Shown: positions 38,901 through 50,300, counted from the stretch's first letter. The stretch is DNA of 64,000 nt from Alloprevotella sp. (GCA_045600685.1 JAZRYH010000081.1:4365-68364), one strand, 5' to 3'. The notes: generated from the letters alone by a model not told the origin. Program-made: numbers and translations.

Positions 38901-41900
38901 CATAATAGATAAAGTACCATACAAGCTGGTCCCATGTCGCCAGTATCATGTTCTTCGCCCTCTGGTCCACATTCACGAAATAGTCAGTGAACAGATACCA
39001 GCACAGCAGGAAGTTCTTGTCGAAATAGTCCTCCAGCTCTTCCACGAATTTCTCGCTCTCGAAGGTGCTGATGTCGTCCACGTCGGCATCTTCAGGAACA
39101 CAGTCTCTCACCCATCCCCACAGTCTCTTGAAGGCGTTCTTTTGGGCTGTCGTTGCCGTTGCCCATGTTGTGTCTGCAGGGTGGTTGAACTCCAGTGCGT
39201 CGTCAAATTCATCCGCTGCCTGTGCATCAAGGTCTGCCTCGCCCTGGAACAGGCACAGCGGCTGCGTGTTGTTCAGGAACTCGAAAGCCATCGAGTCCTC
39301 CGTCTCAAGGCCATCGACATTAGTCAGGCCCAGTATGTCCGTCCAGTCGCTCTTGTCGTGGTTCAGGTTGTACTGTCCGTAGTATTCCGGGGTGTCTTCA
39401 AGGCTCTCGGCTGAGAACACGTCAATAGGATAGCCGTCAACGGCTGTGCGTTTCGTGACATCAATTGCCTGCGCCGGGGTCAGGAACCCGAGCGACTTCA
39501 TCAGGTCGTTCCACAGTTTCGCGCCGCCCGTGTTCTGCGCCATTGAAGAGTCGCTGTAGTCCGCTTTCGGACACAGTATCTTCACCGTCGGCTGTCCTAT
39601 GCGCAGCGGCAGGCGGTTGCTCCCCTGCAGCACGCCGTTCACATACATCTCGGGGCTTTCGCCTTTTGCACAGTAAATGCGGTAGTTCTTCGTCGGGTAC
39701 TTCGTCGAACTGGTTCCCTGGATTCTCACATATACATTCTTCAGATACACATAGCGTCCGTCCGGCAGCCATAGGTGCACGTCGCTCAGGAAGTCGGTCT
39801 TCTTGTTATTCTCGGCATTCACTGGGGCAAGGCCGTTCTCCCTGCACACCAGCATCAGGCCCTTGCCCTTCGCGCTCAACTTGTCGAAGTCTATGCTCCT
39901 GCCGTCTTCGGTAAGCACGTCATTCTCCTCGAACAGCTCGGCCATCTCGTCCAGCGTCTGGCGGTCCACGATGTAGTTGTCCATCTCTTCGTCATCGCTC
40001 AGCGCACGCTCATAAACGCGCACCTTGCGCACTTCCACGTCGGCACCCTCGCCGCTCAGTGTGATGCCTTGCGCTGTGCCCTGGATGAAGTTGTCGCTGT
40101 CTCCGTAGATGTCGGCAGCCGCACGCACGCCGTTCACATAGAGCTCCATCAGCCTGCCGTCGGCACGCTTGCCTATCACGAAGGCTATCTTCACCCACAT
40201 GTCCGCTCCGTACTGGCGGCCTACGCCAACAGCCTGCTCCGTCGTGCCCCCGTCATCATCCGTCACCTCTTTAGTGGAACCCGTGTACATCATGGCCTTC
40301 TCTGCCGTTATCTGGAAGCCTTTGTTGCCGTTCATGCAGCTCACCACGTCGGCCTCGCTGTCCACGATGTTGCTCACCTTCATCTCCACCTCTATCGTGC
40401 AGCCGTTTGTGGCGGCATCCTGGATGAAGGGCTTGTAGCCGATGACGGCCTTCGCGCCGTTCATCAGTTTCAAGGCGTCGCCGGTCCAGCCGCTCGTCTG
40501 CCAATCTACATCTTCGAAGGATGTATGCACCGTGCCCGCCTCCCAGTGCGCAGGGTCGCTCTCGCCGTTGCTGCGGCCAGAGGCGTCAAGCTTCAGCTCC
40601 AGCCCAAGGGTGGCTTCACTGGCGTCTATGCTGCTCGCTGACACATCCACGTTGAAAGCATACTCCGTCGCACCGCACACAAATTTCATTTCCTGCTCTC
40701 CCTGCTCCGTGAAGCGGTTGGTGTAGGTCTGGGTACTTCGGGGCACGCTCACTGTCTGGATCACGCTCTCACCCTGCCATACGCTCACCGTCGCAGGGGT
40801 CACGCCAGCATCATACACGGCATACTCCAGCGTCATCTGTTCATACTGGCCTACCTTGACTGTCGGGGTCAGGTGCTCGTCCTCGTCAAACACCCTGCCG
40901 TCAGCGAACGTCAGTTTCATGCCTATCAGCGGAACACTGCTCCCTGCCTTGAAAACGTCCATGTAGATGCTCTCGCTCCGCAGCGTCAGCGTCTCGCTGG
41001 CTTCCATCTCTGCCACTATCTGCACCGTGTGCCTCCCCACGCTCAGACCGCTCATGGCCACACTGAAACTGCCGTTCGTCGTGCCGCTTCGCGTCACCGT
41101 CGTGCTGTCGGCCTGCTCGCCGTCAACATAGAGGAACACGGTCTTTGTACCCGTGCCCTGAATGGTCCACGGGATGACGGCACTCTCCGTCTGAAGGTAG
41201 CCGCCACCTGTCAGCCCGTTGCTCAGGCTGTAGCTGCTGCTCAGGCGGAGGTTCACCACGCGCACGTTTGCATAGGCCTGCTTCGTCTGGGTGTTGCCCG
41301 TGGCTGGGTCAGTCGTTGTGGCCTTCACATAGATGTCGGTAGTGCCGGCCTGCAGGTACTTGCTCACGTCCAGGGTGTAGCTCCCAGCGCTCACATCGCT
41401 CTTTTCCTCGCGGTATGCCTGGATGCTGCCGCGCATCACGCGTATCTCCACTGTCGCCTTCTGGCCCGTGGTCTCGCCGGCATCGTCACCGCCCACATAC
41501 TGGTGGTCGTAAATCCAGGTCAGCACGCAAGCACCGCCTTCCTTGATGATGCCTTGGCTTACGCTCGCGCCAAGCACTATCTTGGCGGTCTGCGCCTCGC
41601 CACCCCCGCCGCCGCTTCCGGCAGGAATATCCACGCTGGCTATTTCCGCCCCGCTGCTGTTCTTCAGGCTCAGGGTCACAGTGCTCTCGTCATCGCTCAG
41701 GTCCGCATCCATCGAGAACACCGTACCGGCTTCTATCTCTGCTATCTTGCCGGCCACGGCCCGGTTCTCCACCGGATTGGTGCTCTCCGTGTCAAGACTC
41801 GAGTCCACTTCAACCTCTTCCACGGTCATGTTGATATTGCCCTGGGCATCCGGACTGACCGTTTCTCCGTTCAGCGTCACGCTCTTCACCGTCCCGCCGC

Positions 41901-42780
41901 CGCCGAAGTCATCCCAGCTACCCGCGCTCTCCCAGCTGTTGAGGTTCGTACCCACAAACTGCTTGGTCACCCATTTCCCCTGCGCCGACTCAAAGGTCAC
42001 GCACGCTCCCTTCACGCGCTTCTTCTCTTCCACGGCAGCGACGGCCGTGGCAAGCGTATGGAAACCCTCTTCCAGCGGGTAGGCCTCGCTCACATTGATG
42101 ATGGTGCCGCCACCCTTGCCGCTTGCCTCCACAAGGTCTTCCTCCTCCGCGTTCCATGCGTAGAGGACATCGCCAAGAAGGTAGAGCTTGTCTTGCTTGA
42201 TGCGCTGGGGGGAGGCACTCAGGTCGTTGTACATCTCGCACCCGGCCCATGAACTGCTGTAATTCCCGCCGTTTTTACCCACAAACAGTTTTTTCGCCGC
42301 CACATAGTAGATGGCTGCCACCGACACAAAACTCTGCGGTTGCAGCGTCACGTCGTCAAGGATGCCGTCAAACCTCGCGGTCGCACCGTCAAAGGCTTTA
42401 CCTGCCACCGTGGCATGGTCGGCCACAACGCCTGCCGCTGCCTCCGTCACTGTCTCTGTCGCCGCCATGGCGGACAGAGCGGCCTCCTTGGCTTCCAAAG
42501 CCGCTTCTGCGGCTGCTCCTGCTGTTTCACTCGCAGTTTCTGCTTCTTCCTTGGCGGCCAGGGCCTGCGTCGCAGCGGCCAGAGCCTGAGCTGCGGCAGC
42601 GGTGGCTGGAGCACCCAGCAGACTGACCGGGGCCAGCACCATTTCCTCGCCGCGCAGTGCGGGGAGGGCATTCACTCCTGCCAGCGACGTCACCTCGTCC
42701 AGTTCCGTCACATCCTGGCTCTCGCTCTTAATCTGGTTGACGATTTCTTCAACCAATGCTTCTTTCTCTTGATCTGTCAT
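35908..42780 (-). CDS. Giant tail/receptor-binding protein, DGR target (2290 aa)
   Basis: Follows tail genes; C-terminus carries the VR (GRVVYRG...VGSRLAF). Confidence 0.9.
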   Translation of the reverse strand: MTDQEKEALVEEIVNQIKSESQDVTELDEVTSLAGVNALPALRGEEMVLAPVSLLGAPATAAAAQALAAATQALAAKEEAETASETAGAAAEAALEAKEAALSAMAATETVTEAAAGVVADHATVAGKAFDGATARFDGILDDVTLQPQSFVSVAAIYYVAAKKLFVGKNGGNYSSSWAGCEMYNDLSASPQRIKQDKLYLLGDVLYAWNAEEEDLVEASGKGGGTIINVSEAYPLEEGFHTLATAVAAVEEKKRVKGACVTFESAQGKWVTKQFVGTNLNSWESAGSWDDFGGGGTVKSVTLNGETVSPDAQGNINMTVEEVEVDSSLDTESTNPVENRAVAGKIAEIEAGTVFSMDADLSDDESTVTLSLKNSSGAEIASVDIPAGSGGGGGEAQTAKIVLGASVSQGIIKEGGACVLTWIYDHQYVGGDDAGETTGQKATVEIRVMRGSIQAYREEKSDVSAGSYTLDVSKYLQAGTTDIYVKATTTDPATGNTQTKQAYANVRVVNLRLSSSYSLSNGLTGGGYLQTESAVIPWTIQGTGTKTVFLYVDGEQADSTTVTRSGTTNGSFSVAMSGLSVGRHTVQIVAEMEASETLTLRSESIYMDVFKAGSSVPLIGMKLTFADGRVFDEDEHLTPTVKVGQYEQMTLEYAVYDAGVTPATVSVWQGESVIQTVSVPRSTQTYTNRFTEQGEQEMKFVCGATEYAFNVDVSASSIDASEATLGLELKLDASGRSNGESDPAHWEAGTVHTSFEDVDWQTSGWTGDALKLMNGAKAVIGYKPFIQDAATNGCTIEVEMKVSNIVDSEADVVSCMNGNKGFQITAEKAMMYTGSTKEVTDDDGGTTEQAVGVGRQYGADMWVKIAFVIGKRADGRLMELYVNGVRAAADIYGDSDNFIQGTAQGITLSGEGADVEVRKVRVYERALSDDEEMDNYIVDRQTLDEMAELFEENDVLTEDGRSIDFDKLSAKGKGLMLVCRENGLAPVNAENNKKTDFLSDVHLWLPDGRYVYLKNVYVRIQGTSSTKYPTKNYRIYCAKGESPEMYVNGVLQGSNRLPLRIGQPTVKILCPKADYSDSSMAQNTGGAKLWNDLMKSLGFLTPAQAIDVTKRTAVDGYPIDVFSAESLEDTPEYYGQYNLNHDKSDWTDILGLTNVDGLETEDSMAFEFLNNTQPLCLFQGEADLDAQAADEFDDALEFNHPADTTWATATTAQKNAFKRLWGWVRDCVPEDADVDDISTFESEKFVEELEDYFDKNFLLCWYLFTDYFVNVDQRAKNMILATWDQLVWYFIYYDGDTQLGDRNDSMLAYLYDVTRDTWDSEKSKYAFEGHDSWLWCLVLANLGDDLKAMATAMRAKLTEDKVNTMFDEEQQGNWCGRAFNKSGELKYIKPQTEGVEVNGETVKYPYIYALKGDKKAFRHWFIKNRFALLDAKYETGNYLSDNVDMYMTRQAGATANTIKVKSNSLYYYGYGTNNAPHLQPSAKAAKGETVTLTFTNAFTVNDPIRLYGASQMAELDMRGSAGNLTGDLNLNKCKVLRVLNISTSGSGSQGWCLVLDQCRQLVDVNLQGQGSARTGTLSSTELDFRNQTRLETLDARGVDVQAVLFAQGSPLTSAKLGSNIQTLRLEYLPLLTESGLTLQSWRTVKTLRYAGCPYISWQSIINKCVNIERVRIEGINIEDDGTMLNRYKTLKGVDASGNAVDYCAMVGTVQLTRYMDDTEFATMQEHYPELTIHQPEYSVLEFDDTVSDDANVSNLDNETGYKYGSDYEASGHVLAILKKRFRCLAKLTKRPTSRNITHAGVQTTQNNTDGRMTIYPLHDENSNYYADAENLRNCTEANLDGTEGDWMMYEPHRWMKGVNDYLNGKHYACWSSNAAMPKRPECMVLTLEDITEAGDYRNNYKIMSGKETLSASYTSDSNFAVCRVSVSGFQKVRFPSVPGTNLVGSVFTDAEGNVVDTIVVSTLGAKFTDGMYLIADVPEGAIALNFTIRKTAEFDMVVLSNSDKIEDMEPDWVEVEPYLCGVVGSSVVGDKLRACITGGSTTHSMTWTDFHFYSAQRGMQQIDGLMHNDIANLFFAKYGRRDSQMQCGAGQHSTSRTTGGTAKIGMQDTVNTDGTTIGGVEGNGKSFYKETNSVGETVYSTLNNTNCLGYEDVYGHKYDMMDCVDVPNDSGNVGKWRYQMPDGTYRRVKGVEATGYINGVVHGKYMDVVPAAATGSSTTHYCDYYQYSGSAGRVVYRGYSYASAFGGVSSAYASGDASNSVTYVGSRLAFRGEIEKAASVAAFKSATEVA
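35968..36088 (-). repeat. DGR variable repeat (VR)
   Basis: 13 mismatches in the 113-bp core and 18 over 121 bp versus TR. Confidence 0.96.
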
Positions 42781-42801
42781 ATTGATTGGGATATTATAGG
42801 G

Positions 42802-45800
42802 TTAATCTTGTCTGTTGAGTATGCGGGCCGTATATTGAGTCGTGAAGTTATCCAGTGTGGCTGTCCTGTCGGGGTCATATACCAGGAGTATCTCTATCGA
42901 GTCTCCCTGACCCATTGCCACGCTTTCCCACTTTCCGCCATCCCAATGGGTCAGCAGCGGATAGTCCTCCGTGTTCCATGGTGACGCGCCGCTGCTGTCA
43001 CTCTTGGCGTTGCGCCCGTATATTGAAAAGTTGTCGCTGCCCAGATCTGACATAACCGTCAGGCGCAAGGCAAACGGCGTGCTGCCTCCGATGCTCAGGG
43101 CTTGGCGCACTTCTGACAGTCTCGGAAGAGCAATACCGGCATTGCTCGCCGTGCAGGCCACTATGATGCGGTTACTGTCCGTTAAGGCAACATCGTATAT
43201 CGAGTTCGCTCTGTTTACGGACACCTTCTTCATCTTGTAGCCGTCAATGAAGCCGTTCAGGGCACCGTTCCCGTTTCCAGCCATGGCGAGATTGGCACTC
43301 GCAGAGTTCCTGACATCAAACAAAATTCCGTATTTCGGCAGCAAGCCGTAGTCAAGTCCTGGATCTTTATATGTATCGACAAGGCGGCAAAGCATCGGCT
43401 GCCCCAGACTGCTCCAAGTGCCGAAAATAGCCTGCCGGTTCGTGCCGTTGAAGCCAATCATGTTGTCGTATAGGAACAGGCCGTCATTATCATCTTTCAC
43501 CACGGGCTGCAGGTTCCCGTCATCGTCTTCCTCGTAGGTCACACTGCCTACGCCTATGTGGTCCGAGCCTATCACGAAGCCGCCGACATTGCCGCTGCTG
43601 GCTTCTATCTGCCCGCCGAACTTGCCGTTCGCCGCCTCGATGCTGCCATCCTCCTTTATCTTGAAATTCTGGTTGGCCGTAACAAGACCCTCCAGACTGA
43701 TGTTGTCCGCCGTCAGCTTTACCACGGTACGCGTCTTTTCCTCGCCGTCCGTGTCTGTATAGTTCTTTTCCACGCCCACGCCTATCAGGGCAAGACTTCC
43801 GTCGGGCCCCTGGGCGTAGATACCCGTCCCCCGGCTCTTCACCATAATGCCGCTCTCACTTAGCACATTGCCGTTTGCATCGAAGTTCTGGGCCGCTATC
43901 TTCACCAGCTTCTCGCTTTGCTCAAACAGAGTGCGGTATTTGTAGGTCAGGCTCTCTATCTTGTCTGTGCTCAATATGAGCATATACAGGTAGATGTCGC
44001 CCGTGAAACTCAGCTTGAAATCGCCCGTACCGTTCCACAAGCCGCTGCAACTGTACTGCTTGTAGCCCTCTGTCACTTCCAGAGCCTCCTCCACCTCCAT
44101 TGAGTTGAAATTCTCGAACCCTGTCTTATCCACGTTCTCAAACTCCACCTTCAGAGTGCCACTCCCGGCACAGCGGTACAAGAAGCTTAGATATACGGCC
44201 TTCGCCTCCTTCTTTCCCCCTGCGTTTGTCTCCATCGCAGGGATGCTCCGCAGGTTCGCGTTCTTTTGGCTGATGTACTTGTTCTTGATGCGCACCACCA
44301 CGCGCCCGTCGTCCTTCATGACACTCGCGCCGTCGCCCTTCTTCGTCAGCACTTTCCTGTTCGCCCATATCCATTTGTTGCCGGCCAGCCAGAACACCGT
44401 CTCGTTCTCCGTCAACCATTTGCTCAGGCCATCGTCGAAGCTCGGGTTGTTCAGGTAGCCTCTATCCTGTGCGAAGTCCTGGCGCAGCGTACTCACGCTG
44501 CTCTCTATCTTTCCCTCCGTAATCTCAAACTTAGTCTTGATGTCCTCACCCGTCGTAAGGAGGAAAGTGCCCCTCAGGTAGGCGTTGTCGCTGTAAAGGC
44601 CGTCCCCATGGGGCTGGTTGTCGGCTGGGAACCAATCGTCGCTGATGCCGTCCAGATGGCCCAGACGGGCTCGCAGACACCCGGCCAGCGTCTTCTCCCT
44701 CACGCCGTCCATCACATCGATGCGAGGCTCGCCGTCTTCCGTCGCGGAGATAAGTATCAGGCTCTGGCGGTCACCGTTCTCTGTGTTACCCATCAGAACC
44801 ACTTCGTCTGCTTCTGTGGGGAGCGAGGTGTCAAACTCGTTTTTATCAATGAGCACGGAATGACCACTGACAGCCGATACTTCAACCCAGTAACTTTTCA
44901 GGCTTCCGCCGCTGAATGTCTGGCAGCGCATCAGGTCATGGGCCTGGAATGTGTTTTCCTGCTCGAAGGTGATGACATAGTAGTCTTCGCTTTCCTCAAC
45001 CGTCTTTATTTTGCCGTTGGCGGCACTCACCACTATCTGGCCGCCGACGCTCCGCACCTTCTCCACCAGAAGCTCAAAAACGGTCATCACCTGGCGAACT
45101 GTCAGTTTGTCGATGGTCAGGTTTGCCAGCTCGTTCTCATCTATCCACAACTGCCAGCCTTCGCCTCCGAAGCCATCCACGAAACGGGCACTGCGCAGCA
45201 GCTGTCTCACGACGAGTGTCAGCAGTTCGGCATTGCCGGCTCCGTCGATGCGCCCGCCTTGCTCGCCAGCCTCGAAGTCACCGGTTTCAAGACCTTCCTC
45301 AAAGATGATTTTCTTCTTCGCCCTGTCGGCTCTGTTCTTGTTCAGGAACTCCTTGTGGCTGCGCCTTGCGCTATACAGGTTGTTGTCCGTCGGCTGCGTG
45401 GTGTCCCAGCTCCTGATAATGTCGGGCACGTTCAGGCTCCCCACAAGCGTACCCGTGTAGTTTTTCACCTCCGTAATGGCATCGTCTATCTTCGCCATCG
45501 TCCCCGTCGAGAGAGCATCGCTTATCTCGAGGTCCATCTGGCTCGGAAGTGTCACCTGGCGACTTATCCGCGTGATGCGGCTCTGACGGTAGCCAGTGTC
45601 AGGAAAATACTCATCGCTCTCCAGACGCACCTTGCTGCCAATGTGCAGTTCCACTTCCTCATTCTCTATCCACACATGATCCGTCGGACCCTTGTAGCGC
45701 GACACGTCCAGGGCGTGCTTCGCGTTGTACGCTTCCACGGCACTCTCCAACTCGCGCTCGGCCAGCTCGTAGTATTCTTCCGGCATCTTTATGTTCCATA

Positions 45801-46905
45801 GCACATACTTGTTGCCAGCCTTCGGAACAAGCGTGCCACCTGGCAGCTGGGTGTCGTCATCGTAGGGCCATATCGTGATTATTTCAAACTCTCCAGTCTC
45901 ACTGTCGTAGTTCACCTCGAAGTAGTGGTCATCGTCAGTGCCCAGTCCGGCAAGCTCGCCATCCTGGAACGACACGCGTTTCACCAGTCCTCCTATCTCG
46001 TAGTCGTTCGGATCGAAGGGAATGTCGCTGTCCTTGAAATAATATATGGTGTAGGGATTGCCGTCACCGTCACTCACGTTCTCGCTCCGCACAGAGCTCA
46101 CCACGCCCACCCTTCGCGGATATATCCCCGAGAAGGCTTCCTGCTCATAATGGTGGATGATGCCGTAGCGGTCTGTGTTCACATCCACATACTTCGCCCC
46201 CCCGGGAAGCTGAAGGCGGCTCGCACCGTAGTCTTCTGGGTCGATGTTTCTGCTGCTGCCTATCGGGAACAGGCGCGTGTAGAACTTGGCGTTGTCAGCC
46301 GTGTCCCTCTCAAGGCGCGTCAGACCATTGCCATAGCCCAACGTTACAGTCTCGCCCCTCTCGCAACGGCACAGGTTTATCGTTGTACCCTCTATCCACC
46401 ATTCCACGCCTACCTTCTCAGCAAGTTCCTTCAAGCCCTCGTCACAGTACTTTCCGATGTAGTCAATGGTCACGTTCTCGTCGCCTTCCACCGTGCCAAC
46501 CTTGAAGTTCGTCGTGCCGTCCATGCCGTCGTTGATGTTTTGCACAATCAGCCGCATGTGTTCAATAGGCTTTGCCGTCAGGGTGAACACGGCTTCGTTA
46601 TCCCCGTCTGCGGTCTTCAGCACAAGAAAGCGCTTGATGAGGCTTTCTATGCCGTACAGTTTAAGGTCGTACGTCCATTCCACCGTGCTCTTTTCCTCTG
46701 GAAGGTATTTCTCCGTAGCCCAATAGCGCTCACCCTCAAAATCCACATAGTCGTTCACGTCGATGCTCACATATTCATACAGCGTGAACGACAGCGTCAG
46801 CACGTTGTCGCCCTGTATCTCTTTGTCCTGGCTGCTCGTGTCGTTCGGCGAGATTGTCGCCTTCTCGTTGTCGTATTGGTCGTATAGCGTCAGTAGCATA
46901 TTCAA
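42802..46905 (-). CDS. Minor tail / hub-spike protein
   Basis: Position after distal tail gene; YTRLFPIGSSRN motif; start may be 46899. Confidence 0.78.
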   Translation of the reverse strand: MNMLLTLYDQYDNEKATISPNDTSSQDKEIQGDNVLTLSFTLYEYVSIDVNDYVDFEGERYWATEKYLPEEKSTVEWTYDLKLYGIESLIKRFLVLKTADGDNEAVFTLTAKPIEHMRLIVQNINDGMDGTTNFKVGTVEGDENVTIDYIGKYCDEGLKELAEKVGVEWWIEGTTINLCRCERGETVTLGYGNGLTRLERDTADNAKFYTRLFPIGSSRNIDPEDYGASRLQLPGGAKYVDVNTDRYGIIHHYEQEAFSGIYPRRVGVVSSVRSENVSDGDGNPYTIYYFKDSDIPFDPNDYEIGGLVKRVSFQDGELAGLGTDDDHYFEVNYDSETGEFEIITIWPYDDDTQLPGGTLVPKAGNKYVLWNIKMPEEYYELAERELESAVEAYNAKHALDVSRYKGPTDHVWIENEEVELHIGSKVRLESDEYFPDTGYRQSRITRISRQVTLPSQMDLEISDALSTGTMAKIDDAITEVKNYTGTLVGSLNVPDIIRSWDTTQPTDNNLYSARRSHKEFLNKNRADRAKKKIIFEEGLETGDFEAGEQGGRIDGAGNAELLTLVVRQLLRSARFVDGFGGEGWQLWIDENELANLTIDKLTVRQVMTVFELLVEKVRSVGGQIVVSAANGKIKTVEESEDYYVITFEQENTFQAHDLMRCQTFSGGSLKSYWVEVSAVSGHSVLIDKNEFDTSLPTEADEVVLMGNTENGDRQSLILISATEDGEPRIDVMDGVREKTLAGCLRARLGHLDGISDDWFPADNQPHGDGLYSDNAYLRGTFLLTTGEDIKTKFEITEGKIESSVSTLRQDFAQDRGYLNNPSFDDGLSKWLTENETVFWLAGNKWIWANRKVLTKKGDGASVMKDDGRVVVRIKNKYISQKNANLRSIPAMETNAGGKKEAKAVYLSFLYRCAGSGTLKVEFENVDKTGFENFNSMEVEEALEVTEGYKQYSCSGLWNGTGDFKLSFTGDIYLYMLILSTDKIESLTYKYRTLFEQSEKLVKIAAQNFDANGNVLSESGIMVKSRGTGIYAQGPDGSLALIGVGVEKNYTDTDGEEKTRTVVKLTADNISLEGLVTANQNFKIKEDGSIEAANGKFGGQIEASSGNVGGFVIGSDHIGVGSVTYEEDDDGNLQPVVKDDNDGLFLYDNMIGFNGTNRQAIFGTWSSLGQPMLCRLVDTYKDPGLDYGLLPKYGILFDVRNSASANLAMAGNGNGALNGFIDGYKMKKVSVNRANSIYDVALTDSNRIIVACTASNAGIALPRLSEVRQALSIGGSTPFALRLTVMSDLGSDNFSIYGRNAKSDSSGASPWNTEDYPLLTHWDGGKWESVAMGQGDSIEILLVYDPDRTATLDNFTTQYTARILNRQD

Positions 46906-46923
46906 ATGGTGTTCTTATGTCGT

Positions 46924-47388
46924 TTATATAATCGGTTCAGGCTCCTTGAATTTCACCTTGTAACGGCTCGCCTGTATGCCTTCCCTCCACAAATAGGTCA
47001 GCGGGGTGTACGCGCTGCAGTCCATGTAAAACATGCGAAGCGTCAGCTCCAACTCAGGAAACTCCACCTCCAACCAACCCTCATCGCCTTCTTTCAGAAA
47101 CGCGATGAAGGCCGCATACTTCTGCAGCCACTCGCCTTGCGTCGTTGCATACTGCGCGAAATGAAGCGTCACCTCACGTTCCTCGTTAGCCACTGTCAGG
47201 CTTTCGGAGTATCGCTTCCCGTCCTCCTCCCTGATGTCAACGCCCACGTGGGCCTTCACCTTGCTCGGTTTCAGGATGGACTGCAGGTTCTCCATGCCGC
47301 CCTTCTTCTCCTCGGTCAGGAACACGCCGTATTCCTCCCAGATGTCGGTGCCGTTTATCAGCACCTGTCCGCTTAATATATGGCTCAT
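46924..47388 (-). CDS. Distal-tail-like protein
   Basis: Position immediately after tape measure. Confidence 0.6.
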   Translation of the reverse strand: MSHILSGQVLINGTDIWEEYGVFLTEEKKGGMENLQSILKPSKVKAHVGVDIREEDGKRYSESLTVANEEREVTLHFAQYATTQGEWLQKYAAFIAFLKEGDEGWLEVEFPELELTLRMFYMDCSAYTPLTYLWREGIQASRYKVKFKEPEPII

Positions 47389-47389
47389 G

Positions 47390-50300
47390 TCATTTCACTT
47401 TTATGCCGTCACGTTTGATAATCTTGATGTCTTCCTTTATTTCTTCGAGGCTACGCGCGCTGCTGCCCGTATGCTCTTCTATGCGCTTCAGAGTATCGCT
47501 GGCCAGCCCTATTTGCATGCTCACGTCTTTCATCTTCTCGTCCATGCTCGCCCAGTGCATCTGCCCGCTCACGAATAGACCTTCCAACTTCGTGCCCTGA
47601 TCCTGGCTAATTGTTGTGAGGGCCCCGACCTTGCCAGTCTGCTGCTGGCCTTCACCCGTACCAATGTCTATTCCCGCATCCTTCATAGCCATTTCTATCA
47701 CCTCCGCAGCATTCTGCATGACTGGTAACTGAACTTCAATAGCAGCAGATGCTTGCTTGGCAAACTCTGCCACACCAGCCATGTAGGCAGTCTCGTCAAT
47801 CTGGCCCGTGGAGTAGGCAATGGTTAAATCTTCAAGTTGCTCTTGAAACGGCTCAAAGATATTCTTCGTTATCATGGCCTTCAAAGCGTCCTTTGCTATA
47901 TCCCGAAATGTGTCACCTGCATATTCCTTAAATTTGTCCATCACGTCCTCACCATTGGAAAGCCAATCCCAAATTGCATCCGTTAGGTTATCAACGAGAG
48001 GCGAGAAAGCTTCGGACACATACTCATGTACCTGATCGAGAAACTCATGTATCTTCTCTGAGTATTCAAGAAGTTGCTCTAAGGTCTCACGTGTCTCTCC
48101 GACCAAAGTTGGGCCATCTTCGAGAAGTTTTTTTGCCACCTCTGGGTCTATTAACTGCACACCTTTCACATCCTCAAACAAATCCTGGCCCCAATTTTCC
48201 TTGACCCACGACTGTAAATCCTGCGTCTTCTCGGAGCGGAAGAATGTCTTATGCCGTGTCTGCACACGCATATTGTTGATTGCTGCAGTCTGACCTTCCT
48301 TATAAGTCAGCCCTTCGATACCGGCCCTCACTGCATTGCCAAGTGCAGCTCCTACACCGGAGAATATAGCAGTGCCTATCGCGGCCACCACTGTCGCACC
48401 AAGAGCCGCACCAATGGCAGTTCCGCCAATAGCGGAGCCGATGGCTGCACCAAGAGCCGCACCTGCACCTGCACCTGCTCCAAATGTAAAAACACCTGCG
48501 ACTATGCCAACTATCGCACCTATTATGGCGGGTGCCCATTTAGAGAAACCGCTACTGGCGTTCTTGTACACCTCTTGCGGCATGGCAGCAACTTCACCAT
48601 AAGCCTTTGCATACTCTGCGTTCAGTTCTGCGTTTTTCTTCAGCTGGGTCAAACCGTTCTCATAGAACCATGACTCCGCATCAAGCCGTTGTTCCAACTG
48701 CTCAATCTCCAACTCAATCATGCGCATACGCTTCTCGTTCAGTTCCCGTTGCTTGGCTGCATAGTGCTCGTATAGAGAGTCTGCATCTGGCAATAGTTTA
48801 TCAAGTTGGCGATTCATCTCAACCATTGCCGAAACAGTCCCCGCAACTGCAGAGAACTGCCCAATAGTCTTTTCAAAGCCTGTCGCATTGACATTGAGCC
48901 CCTTGATATTATCAAAAGCTCCACTTACCGATTCGAGCATACTGCCGAGTGCGCCGAGCGAATCACCAAGCTTGCCACCAACCATTTCCCCGAGTTGGTT
49001 CATGGTGTCAGAAAATTGTTTGAGACGTTGGGCACAAGCTGTCGCCGCTTTCGTCAGCTTCGTATAAGCCTTGGATTCTTTGTCCTTGGCATTAGCAAGT
49101 AGTTCGCTGGCTTCAGCTTCCGTATAAGAAATTCCCGTACTTTTGTTGATGACAGTCTGCCCACCTTTTACCTTATTGAAGATGTCTTGCGCATCCTTGG
49201 CTTCCTTTTGTGCGTCTGCAAGTTCTTGTAGAGCCTTTGTAAGTGCTTCAAACGGATTGCGGTTGGCAAGTTCATCATACATCTGTTGTAAGGTGTCTGT
49301 GTACTCCCTCAGCTGGTTTGTATCAAGGCTCTTAGCTGCGGCCTCCTTAGCGTCTTCAAACTTCTTAATGAGTGACTGCAAGGTCTGCGTTGAGATTTTT
49401 CCTAAATCCTCAAACGCACGGATGTACTCTGGCGACTTGCGTAGGTTCGTCAACCTCATATTGCTCAACTCCTCTTGTAGCTTCCGTTCCAAGATTAAGG
49501 CCTTCCCTTCGTCACCATTGGCACGCGCCTTTGCTATCTGCTCTTGGTAGTCCTCTGTGATGGCCACTTCTTGCTGCAATTCATCGCCATACTCCTTCAG
49601 GTATTCACGCATAGACTGAAGGTTAGCTTTGTTAACATCATCTGTTTTTTTCTTGCGGATGGCATCCGCCTGGCTATGTGCCTCCCGTAAGGCGTCCGCT
49701 TGGTCGGTAGTCAGTCCATCGGCACCAGTGACAATACCTGCTTTCTTATTGTCTCTTTTCCATTTGCTCTCCAGTTTGTCGAGTGCATTCTTTCGTGCCT
49801 GATATTCGTTCTCTATCTCACGGAGCTTCTTCTGCAGTCCTTCATCCATCGCCTCTATCTCCGCCTCATCATTGGCTTGTTGGAGTTCAACAAGCTCCTG
49901 ACCTAATCTTTCCTGTGTTTGTTTCCGTCGTTCTACATCGGCTTGTTCTTTTTTACGTTGTTTCGCTTTTTTATCTGCGTCAGAATCTGTGGATGGTTTT
50001 ACATTGTCGTATTCTTTTTTCTTTTGGTCAAGGTCATCCTTCAATTCTTTCCGGCGTTTCTCAAATTCTTCCTCTGTCAATTTATGGTTTTTGTCTCCGA
50101 TAAAATCGTTATAGGCTTTCAAAGCATTTTCGTAATCCTTCTTTGCTTTCGATGCCCATTCACTTCCGGAATTGCGAGGAGCATTACGCTTGTTTTTCTC
50201 TGTTCTCAATTTATTCAATTGATATTGCAACTCATCGCGGGAATAAGTTCCAGTCAAATTGCTGTCACCTCGTGTTATTGTACCATATTTCTTTTCACTG

